Assembly (NCBI RefSeq): GCF_009914755.1
Contig: NC_060934.1
Length of the DNA stretch: 64,000 nt
Origin: the human T2T-CHM13v2.0 reference genome, Homo sapiens
Direction: 5' to 3' (one strand)
Below are positions 51,901 through 60,912 of this stretch, piece after piece. Numbering within the stretch: position 1 is the stretch's first letter; every line of letters begins with the position of its first letter. A model generated the notes under the pieces. The model was not told the DNA's origin. It did not search any database and worked only from the letters and a program-made list of their open reading frames with translations. A program made the translations under genes and the position numbers.

Positions 51901-54769
51901 CGGGTGCCAAATAAACAACAAAGCCCTCGAGAGTCGCGCGCCTCAGGAGTGGGGCTCTCGTTGCTGTCGGGCGGCGTCCAGCAGCTGTTTCTTTGGAAGG
52001 TCAGTGTTGAAGGCGTTAGGATTTGCGTCAGGAAGAACTGCTCCCACCCCCCTGTGCCAGGCCCACCTCCACCAAGGCCAGCTGGGCTGTGTTCAGACTG
52101 CCCGGCCCTCCACAAACCCCTCCGCAAACCCAGCCATTTCTTTTGAGAACATCTTTCCTCCCACAGTGAGGCAGGAGCCACATGCCTGCTTCCGTGTGGA
52201 CTGTGAGCTGTGTGTTCTTACAGTTTTAAACCATCAGAAAAAGTCAAAAGAAGAATAACCCTTCGTGGCACGTCCATGGATGACGCTTCGTGGCACACAG
52301 GCCCACCCCTCGCTGGTGTGCTACCTGCAGTGCCGAAGCCAGCAGGAGGCTGCCCTGATGGAGAACGTGGCTGGAGGGGCTGCGGTGGTCGGCCCTGGGC
52401 ATCCGCTTGGCAAGGCTGCTGTCTGCAGTTTCCCATCGAGCACTCGTGGAGTTGCTGCTGAGAAAGGGGTGGTGTAGATGCAATGGCCGTGACCAGCACT
52501 TGGCCGTCTGCGCTGTAGGCCAAGGAGGCCTGCCTGGGCCCACCTGGCTGCAGCGGGGAGCTGAGCCTCCCTGAGGAGGAAGGAATCGCACCTGGGGCAG
52601 CAACAGCAGCTCCTGCCTGGGTCCCTCATGGCCGCGTGAGCCGCTTCCTCACTGTAAAGCTCTTCACCTATGTAACTATGTATCAATGTAAACAGGAACG
52701 TATCCTCCGCCTCTGCATCTCTGGTGAATCCGGGCGATACGTGGTGAGACACCTTAATAAACACCTAGATAGACCCTGCCGTGGTGAGCACCTGCCTCCA
52801 AGGGGCAAGCACGGGGCATTTTCCTGGCTAGGAATTCTGTCTTTCTCACCACGAGACTCTTCATGGACTTACGTTTTGAAACAGCATGTTTGGGTTTGTT
52901 CGGATTTTAAAATTTCATTCTTCTTTGTCTTATTTCCATTTCCTGGTCTTATCTTTTTTTCTTTTGTTTTCCTCTCTTGGGGAGGTAAGAGTCAGGGAGG
53001 CAGGCAGCACCCTCACCCGTGTGCCTGCAACATGGTTGAGACGCTTCTCTCCTGCCGGGACTGGAAAGGTGGGCCCTGTGGTCAGCCGGTGCCGCAGCCA
53101 ACCCTGCAGTCCAGAAAGCAGACGCTTTGCTGATGAACAGTGAGCAGAGGGCCGGGGGCCCAGGGCCCGGGGCAGTGACCTCTGGTGGCAGGGCAAGTGC
53201 TGACATCCCCGGGCTGCCGGGCACACGGCCGCCGGCTCACCTGCTGAATGCCACCCAGAGGCCTGCGTGATCCTCCAGGGGGGCAGCTCCTCATCCTGCC
53301 ACACAGCGCCCGGAGACTTCTGGAACACACAACCGCAAGTGGGGTCTAACCTGCAACTGGAAGAGCACGTGACTGTCTGTGCCTCGGTTTCCCCATCCCA
53401 CAGGCGTGCCGCCCAGGCCACCATGTGGGACTGTTCAGGAGACAGTGCCCGGTCCCCAGCACCACCCTGGAGATGAGACCTGAAGCAGGTGCCCTCCAAG
53501 GGCAGCTCCAGGGAGGGGCTCGCAGAGCAGCGGGGGAGGGGCCCTGGGGGGCAGCTGTGAGTGAGCAGGAGACACCCGGTGCCCCCACCCCTCACAAGGC
53601 CGAGCCCCACAGACTCTGCCCAAGGGCAGCTCTGGAACACGTGGCAGTGCCAGCTCCCCCTGGCTCTCTCTCCTTCACCTAGGTTATCACTAGGTGTGGA
53701 ATGGGGGGGGAGGGGCAGCCCTCCCGGGTCCTGACCACCACGTGCGGGGGCAGCAGGACATTCGCAAGCCAGTGGACCTGTCTGCCTCAAGTGCCGGACC
53801 CCAGGGCCCCCACAGCACCTGGTAGCCTTCTGTGTGTCCTACCCGGATACCAGCGGCCTCCAGGGCTTTCCCTTGGACAACCTTTCCCTTTGGAGCCTGT
53901 GGGGGCCCAGCCCAGGGCCCAAAACCAGCTAGGACTGAGGTGGGCAGTGGGAGCTTCTCTGGGGCCTCCCAGAGCCTGGCTGGCTCCACCACCTCCCTCT
54001 GCCCCCACAGCACCTTCGAGAAGTTCCCCCGCAAAGTCCCCGTGGGACTCAGGGCAGGGCTCCAGTCCGTGTGCAGGGAAAGAGACAAGCCAGGGCCACT
54101 CCCCCCACCGGCCGGGGCCTCCTCTGGGCCCCAACTGTGATGTGCCAGGAGCCTCCCGGGAGACACAGGCTGACCTGTGCTCAGTGTGGTACCCTCACCT
54201 GGAGCAGTCTCTGTGGTGGGAGCCGCTGGGTGCAGGAGTAAGACGTCAGGGCAGAGCCCATGGGGACCCCCGGCCTGGGGACGTCTGGGGCAGAATCCTC
54301 CCCTTGCTGCCCGCTTCTTCCCAGCCCTCTTGTCCAGGACCATCACCCAGGGGACACCAGGGGGGGCTCCGAGGCTCCAAGGGAACGGTGTCCAGGGAGT
54401 CAGGGCGGCCAGGTCCTGGGGTGCCTAGAGCGTCTCCAGCTGGGAACTAGACCGTCGCCTGCCTGGACCCTGTGTCCCTCAGCTGGAGTTCAGGGACCAG
54501 CACAGTGTCCCCACAGAGGGGCTCTGGGAACACCAGCTAGATGGGGCAGTGGGGCCCTGAGCACATCCCGCTCAAAAGCCCCATAATGAGAGGCCGGGGA
54601 AGCGGAACGCTGTCACCCCTGCATCTAATTCTGCCTCTGTGAGTCTTCATGACAACCTCCCAATAGTACATCCTTCAGGCCCCTCAAAATCCATGGCAGC
54701 AGGGCCTGGGGACCCCCTGAACAGGCGCCAGTGTCACAGAACCTGGGGCAGAAGTAGCCATGCAAGGGT

Positions 54770-54892
54770 GGAGGCCAAGGAGGGAACAGGTGGAGGGGTG
54801 TGGGGTCACCCAGGGCCAAAGGGGGAACAGGTGGAGGGGTGTGGGGTCACCCAGGGCCAAAGGGGGAACAGGTGGAGGGGTGTGGAGTCCCC
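54770..54892. repeat. 41-bp tandem repeat, 3 copies, G-rich
   Basis: gaacaggtggaggggtgtgg at 54784, 54825 and 54866. Confidence 0.9.
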
Positions 54893-55629
54893 CAGGGCAG
54901 TTCCTGAGACTCTTGCTGAGGCTGCCACCAGGCCAGCACGTGCCCCAGAAAACGGAGTTTGTGACGAAAACTGGAGTGGACTTGGACCCACCTTGTCGGG
55001 TAGGAGGCCCCTTGGGGCAGGATAGGGACCTGTGGGATGTGTGCAGAGCCCAAACCTCGCTGCGGGTGGGAGGCTGGGCTGCGCCGCCCCTGGCACCCTG
55101 GCCTCCACACTCGCCTTGGCTCTGGATGCCCAGCTCTGTGGCCCAGGATGCAGGAGGGTTGGGGTAGGGGGACAGGGACGCTTTCTGCACAGCCACAGGC
55201 CCTGTCTGTCTACACCGGCTGCGGCTGCCCTGCTGACTCACACTCAGACGGGTTCACGACAGGTGCACCTCGGTTCTGGCATATCTGGACTTGAGAATGT
55301 TAAATAAAGGATGGAAAATTCCTTCCAAATCCATTTTCTTGTGTATATTTCTGTTCCTGCAGCTTCTCCACGGATGGAGATTGTCTTTGGGAATAACACA
55401 GGGTCGTGCAGTCCGCCCGGCGGCGTTTTCGGGCGAGGGTCTGGTGCTGGGGAGCGAGCGCGGAGCGAGGTGTCTCTTTAAATACGCTCTGCAGTGTGAC
55501 GGCGGCCGCCCGGCTGGAAGAGCCATCCCCACCCTGCGGCAGGAGCCCGCCCGCCGCCATCGCCCGCCCCGGTCCCCATGGTTACGCGCCTGCCTCCGGC
55601 CCCGGGTCCCCGCTGTCGCCGCGGGAGGT

Positions 55630-55848
55630 GCGCGCAGAGGCGGCGGCGCTGCTGGCCGGGCTGGGCCGCTCGTGCGCGGGGCTGTGACTCACCGGCCGGC
55701 GCCGCAGCCCCGCAATCTGTTGATAACTCGGTCCCAGCTCGGCCGCTGCCCTCGCGAATGGAGAGCGGGTCCCCGGCGGGGGGAGCGCAGCGCGTCTGTC
55801 TCCGGGAGCGCGGCCCGGCCGCCCCGGCAGCCGCTTCGGCCACAGCAG
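55630..55848 (+). other. ADGRA1: Probable non-coding first exon of ADGRA1 (start approximate)
   Basis: Lies in the island upstream of the acceptor at 56417. Candidate donor cag|gtggga at 55848/9; alternatives gag|gtgacg (55925/6) and cga|gtaact (55956/7). The TSS cannot be read from sequence. Confidence 0.45.
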
Positions 55849-56417
55849 GTGGGAAGGACGCGCGGGTCTGGGCGGCGGGAGGGACGCGCGGGGCCGCGGC
55901 TCGGCAGAAAAGCTCGCGCCCCGAGGTGACGCTGGCCGCGAGGAAAGCAGCTCCGAGTAACTTTCGGCTCCGCTGGGGCGGGAGGCGCCACGGATAATCC
56001 AGGGCCCCCGCCCCGCGCGCCCGGCCCGGAGCTCGAGCCACATCCAGGCAGAGCAGGCGCCGCGGCCGGGCTGGGGCGGGCGGGTCACTCGGTGCCGGTT
56101 CCCGGTGCAAACCCCCCGGCGCGCCTCTGGCTTTGTGCAGCCCGAGATGGTTGAGTTTGGCTCCGGAGCCGGGAGTGGGGCGCAGATTGATTTTTAAATA
56201 TGGAGAAGGAGACGCATCTGCCGCTGGCGCGTTCGGTCCGAGCCCCCCACCGGTCCCCACCGGCACCGCCTCCGCCAGCCCCAGGCGCAGCCCCCAGGCC
56301 GCCCGCGGAGGGGAGGGAGCGACAGGGGCCGCGGCTGCTCCCTGGCGGGGTCGGGGCTGCGAGCTGCCCTCCGCGGGGACCCTCCGCCCGCCCCGCTGAC
56401 CGCCGCTGTCTTCACAG

Positions 56418-56513
56418 ATGGGAGCAGCTCCCGGACTGCGCCCGCCCCGCCGCGGTCACCCTGAGGCCAGGGGCCCGGGAGCGCGACCTCCTGGCCGCCG
56501 TCTGGGACTTTGA
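56418..56513 (+). other. uORF, 31 aa (MGAAPGLRPPRRGHPEARGPGARPPGRRLGL)
   Basis: ATG at the first exon base with +4G; TGA at 56511-56513; out of frame with the main ATG. Confidence 0.6.
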
Positions 56514-56526
56514 CCTTCCAGAGGCC

Positions 56527-56559
56527 ATGGAGGCTGGCGGGGAGCAGGGCGCCACCTGA
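56527..56559 (+). other. uORF, 10 aa (MEAGGEQGAT), strong Kozak, in frame with the main ATG
   Basis: gccATGg; TGA at 56557-56559; 93 nt (31 codons) upstream of 56620. Confidence 0.7.
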
Positions 56560-56619
56560 TCGCCTCCCCCTGGACGCCTCCTCCAGCGGCGCTCACGCTT
56601 CCGCAACTTTGCAGCGCTC

Positions 56620-56622
56620 ATG
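56620..56622 (+). CDS. ADGRA1: Initiator Met of adhesion G protein-coupled receptor A1 (GPR123); the rest of the CDS is downstream of the window
   Basis: ATG directly before gtgagt; the in-frame upstream NFAALM resembles the ADGRA2/3 pre-TM1 motif. Gene identity from memory, not from a search. Confidence 0.75.
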
Positions 56623-57681
56623 GTGAGTACGGGGGTCCCGGGGGTCCTGCAGCTGGGGGCTAGGCCGCTGCGGGGGGGCGGCCACCCGTATGGGGACTCC
56701 CAGGCTGGAAAAGTTGTGGAATGGCGAGCTGGTGACCGGGCTTCCGGGCTCAGTGCCGGGGTGGGAGGCTCTGTGGAGTGGGGGCCGGGGACAGGCCGCG
56801 TGTCTGGGCACCTCTGCTCCCCGCGTGCTGGGTGCTGATCATACTAATGAGTTGCAGGCATATGGCAATGTGGAATCATTTAATCAATGGAGGCGACGTC
56901 CCTCCCGCAAAGCTGGCATCCGTGCCCTGTGAAAACCTGGTCTGTGCCTGGGCTGGGGTCCCTGCCACCCCAAGCCCCTCCACCCTGGTCACCGGCCTCC
57001 TCCACGCCACCCTGCCGGCCCCTTCCCATTAGAAAGTTGATGAAAGGCAGTGCGGACAGACGTAGGTGGGCTTCAGCAGTGGAGGCTGTGGCGGAGAGAA
57101 GGCGGCCGCGCACACGGCAGGCACGGGAAGGGTGTTTCAGCGGGAAGGGGCTCGTGGCTGGCAGCTGGCTGGATCGGCTAGCCGGGCCCATCGTGGGTCC
57201 CTCCCTGAGGCACCAGCAAGCTTTTGCTGCAGTTGCTGAATGTCTGGGTTCCGGAAGGGCTGACAGCTGAGTGAACAATGCATTGTGTGTGCTGGTAAGG
57301 GACAGCTGACAGGCGGTGAGGACCCAGGGCACGTGCAGAGAATGCCAATGGCCTCTAGAATGTGCGGCCGCCACAGACGCCGGCTGGCGTGCTTCGGAGC
57401 AGACCCAGTGTTCGCTGCATAAGGAGCCATCGGTCTGAGTCACTTGCTCATTTTCTTCTTGTTCCGTTCGAAATGTCCAAGCAAGAGAGATGCCTTTGCC
57501 AACATTCAGTATCGTCTTCCAGTGGCTGCTTCACCTCTGAGGCTGGCTGAGGTCTCCGCACTTACCTTTCAGACACCTGACAAGGTTGCGTCTCCAGCAC
57601 CAGCAGCACCTCAGGGGGCAGCAGGCCAGCCCCAGGGCTCCTGCCTGCCCCCAGGCTCCCACCAGCCTCAGGAACCATCGC

Positions 57682-58977
57682 TGTTGCCCCGCAGGTACCA
57701 CACCCAGCGCAGCCCCAGGCCTCCCAGTTGGCAGGATCTGTGGCTTTTCAGCCTCAAATTGAGACCCTTATTTGCAAAATGGAAAACTGTCATTGACAGA
57801 GGACAGTGAACGGAGAAGGGCTTCTGAAGGTGGGGGTGCTGCCGCAGCCCGGGGGTCCCTCTCATCCCCTTCCTCGCCTCCTCCTCTCTAACCCTTGGCC
57901 CTTCTGCGAACAACTGTGCGGGGGCCTCCCCAATCCAAGAAGGGCACCACCCCTCGCAGGCTGAGCCTGTTCGTGCACTCTCCTCTCAGCTCCTGGCTCC
58001 TGGTGGAGCTTCCTGCTACCACCTCCTCGGCCCGGGGCCACCCGGTCCCAGCCGGCCTGGCAGCCCAGAGCTCCTGCTCACCCAAGACTGTGAAAGCCTG
58101 CTGAGCTCGATCTGCCTGGAGAGTGTGGCATTTCAGCAGCTCACTGTTTTTATTCACAACAAGTAACATTTGCACCTGAGAAAATCTCTGAAAGTGTGAG
58201 GAGTTGCCCTCCCGTGCTGCATCAGTCTGGTGCAGCATTTTTCTGCATGTGTCTCCAAGTTCACAGCGTAGTGTGACAGCGTAATTCACAGCACGTGTCT
58301 CCAAGTTCACAGCGTAGATACCTGGGCAGGCTCACCCCATGGCCATGGGGTCTTGAGAAGGAAGCCTGGAGGCCGTGGCCAGGGCAGGGTGGCCCTGACT
58401 CTGCCTGCCCCACTGCTGTGCTCTGGGGGGCTCCTGACGCCTGCCAGGGGCAAGCTGCCTGCTGAGCTCCCAAGTGTAAGGGCATAGGGCACAGGTCACA
58501 GGTCAGATTCTTTGGTGGCATCGCTCCTGGCCAGGCACAAAGGCATGAGTCAGCCCTGGATTCTGAGCTGCTGTCCAGCAGCTTGGCTGGGCCAGGCCGT
58601 CCTCTCAAAAGGCTGGTTTGTCGGCCCATGGTGCTCTACAGGATGGACAGTTTGCTCCCCTCTGGAGGACCTGCAGGCCACCTGTCCAGTGGTTAAAGCT
58701 GGGGCACCTCCTTCTGCAAGCTGTGTCTCCGTCACCACTGTTAACGAGCAAAAGCAAATGTGAACTTGCCTGTCTCCGCAAGGGGTGCTATCAGGACTTA
58801 CGTTCCAGCAGGCTCCGAAATGAAATAGGTGTCACTTCGCACCCTGTAACTTGCAGTCCTCACACTTAACTCAGAGAACAGTTGTTCTCGAGGGCCTGAA
58901 TTTGAGGCTGAAAAGCCACAGATCCTGCCAACTGGGAGGCCTGGGGCTGCGCTGGGTGTGGCACCTATGGGGAAACA
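57682..58977. repeat. Long inverted repeat; core arms 57693-57760 and 58899-58966
   Basis: 68-bp arms are reverse complements at 67 of 68 positions, with looser ~10-bp extensions on each side. Confidence 0.93.
58249..58317. repeat. Short direct duplication
   Basis: gtgtctccaagttcacagcgtag occurs twice. Confidence 0.85.
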
Positions 58978-58989
58978 CCTGCAGGGTTG

Positions 58990-59110
58990 GATGGTGTGGC
59001 TGGTGCAGTGTGGTTGCCGTGGGATGGGCGGTGTGGCTGGTGCAGTGTGGTTGCCGTGGGATGGGCGGTGTGGCTGGTGCAGTGTGGTTGCTGTGGGATA
59101 TGGTGTGGTG
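58990..59110. repeat. 37-bp tandem repeat, 3 copies
   Basis: ggtgtggctggtgcagtgtggttg at 58993, 59030 and 59067. Confidence 0.9.
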
Positions 59111-60454
59111 TGAAGATGTCGTCTGGCCCTCTGTGGCTACTTTCATTCCACAATTGCAATATTTAGGTGCAGCTGGGAGCATGAGCTCATCGTCCCTTCA
59201 GGGTTCAGGCCCTGTGCCGATGGCACCATTGCCTGGTTAGCATCTGTGTTTCTATGTGGTCATCTGTGAGCTGCCAGCTTTCTGTGAGTAGGGTGGAGGC
59301 TCTCAAAGGGGACTCAACCGAGCCCCTTCCAGCTCTCAATTCAGGGCTGACTCTTGGTCATCAGAGGCGCTGTTTGCTGCACCCTGCATGTTCTCAATGC
59401 CGGGATTGAGTGCGAGGACAAGCTTGGGCTGGGGGACCCCAGAGACCTGGTGTGTGTAGGGAGCTCCTTGGGTCTAACACTTCCTTCCCCAGCTTCTGAA
59501 AGGACAGAGTGCCTTCGAAACCTCCAAGGAGACGAGGCGGGTAGCCAAAGGGTGAAGACCTCCAACCGGAGGGTGACAGGCCCAAGGTCAAGGCCAGCCT
59601 CCTGGCGGTGCCCCCAGGAAGGGGAGTCTCGGAGGCCGAGAGTGAGGAGGAGCCTGCAGCTGCTCCCCGAGGCCGGACCCATGTGAAGTCCGCCCTGAAG
59701 AGAACCAGGATCGGGTCCTGGCCCAAAGGCAGGTTGTGGGAGACTCGGAGCTCTGAGTTGTTAGGAAGTACGTGAGCCCACATGAGGTGGGTTTATCTCT
59801 GCTCAAATTTTACCCCTTGGCCTCTGCCAGGAATGGGCATTCAGGAGGTGGGAGGGGCCCGGGACGCAGGGCCTCTCACAGGGCGTAAGGATGGTCGGTC
59901 GCGCGTACGAACATTTCAGAGCTATACTGAGTTCTTTTCAGCTAGTTGTTTTTTAGTCTAATATCTAAATTACTAAAAATGGCTACAGTCTACTTCCTTC
60001 ATCTCACAGATGGAGAGTTTGTCATCCCACCTCACATCTTCCCGAAAATTAAGAACTTTAAGCAAGTAACTACCAGTCTAGAAAGAAAGCGTCTATGATA
60101 TTTTAACACTTTTTTCCCAAATCTCTTCAAAACTTCACTAGCCCATCTACTCCTCCAAGAAGAAAATCATAACGCACCTTACAAACGTAATGCCGACTAT
60201 GGGTCATCTGTGTTCTGGAGGAATAAATTCTTCTCCTCTACCTTCCACCTTTCCCCTGGAACACATCCATGAAAAGTTGACAGATCAGTAGATGCAATTA
60301 TTATTTAAAAGGCAGACAAGGGAATACATCAGGCTCTCAGGAAATCAGTGTTCATTGGCACAGAACCAGGAAGTAAAACAGGGAGAACCAGAAAAAACAA
60401 GAAAGAGAAACAGGAAGAACCAGGAAGAAGCACCTGAATGAAGAAGGAGAAATA

Positions 60455-60598
60455 GGGAGGAAGGAAGGAAGGAAGGAAGGAAGGAAGGAAGGAAGGAAGG
60501 AAGGAAGGAAGAGAGGGAGGGAAGGGAGGGAAGGAAGGAAGAGAGGGAGGGAGGGAAGGAAGGAAGGAAGGAAGGAAGGAAGGAAGGAAGGAAGGAAA
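60455..60598. repeat. (GGAA)n compound microsatellite
   Basis: (GGAA)13 at 60459-60510 and (GGAA)11 at 60554-60597, separated by GGGA/GA units. Confidence 0.95.
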
Positions 60599-60664
60599 TG
60601 AAGGGAGCCTGAACCTGGAAGAAGGAGAAGGAGGACTGGAAGCACCTGGGAGGATATGTGTTCC

Positions 60665-60912
60665 TTCCTCAGCCAGTTGGAGCTGCAGACCTGGCCCCGG
60701 ACACCTCACCGTGCAGGAAAGAAGGTTCCTCAGCCAGTCGGAGCTGCAGACCTGGCCCCGGACACCTCACTGTGTAGGAAAGAAGGTTCCTCAGCCAGTT
60801 GGAGCTGCAGACCTAGCCCCGGACACCTCACTGTGCAGGAAAGAAGGTTCCTCAGCCAGTCGGAGCTGCAGACCTGGCCCCGGACACCTCACCCGCAGGG
60901 AGGAAGATTCCT
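60665..60912. repeat. 61-bp tandem repeat, 4 copies
   Basis: ttcctcagccagt at 60665, 60726, 60787 and 60848. Confidence 0.93.

Larger units (their letters stand above)
56418..56622 (+). other. ADGRA1: ADGRA1 exon (205 nt; 5'UTR plus start codon)
   Basis: Branch-like gctgac, acceptor ctgtcttcacag| and consensus donor atg|gtgagt. Matches my recollection that the ADGRA1 ATG is isolated at an exon end. Confidence 0.8.
55400..56830. promoter_or_regulatory. ADGRA1: CpG island / promoter of ADGRA1
   Basis: Sharp rise in non-repetitive CpG density, GC boxes (ggggcgggcggg near 56072), TATA-like tttaaata near 55478, and splice sites inside the island. Confidence 0.88.

Noticed and set aside
53000-56200. 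Antisense lncRNA from the CpG island (ADGRA1-AS1, recalled)
   Set aside because: Exons cannot be delimited from sequence alone, so it is not listed as a feature.
58874-58889. Palindrome GAGAACA-gt-TGTTCTC as a glucocorticoid/androgen response element
   Set aside because: The spacer is 2 nt; these receptors need 3.
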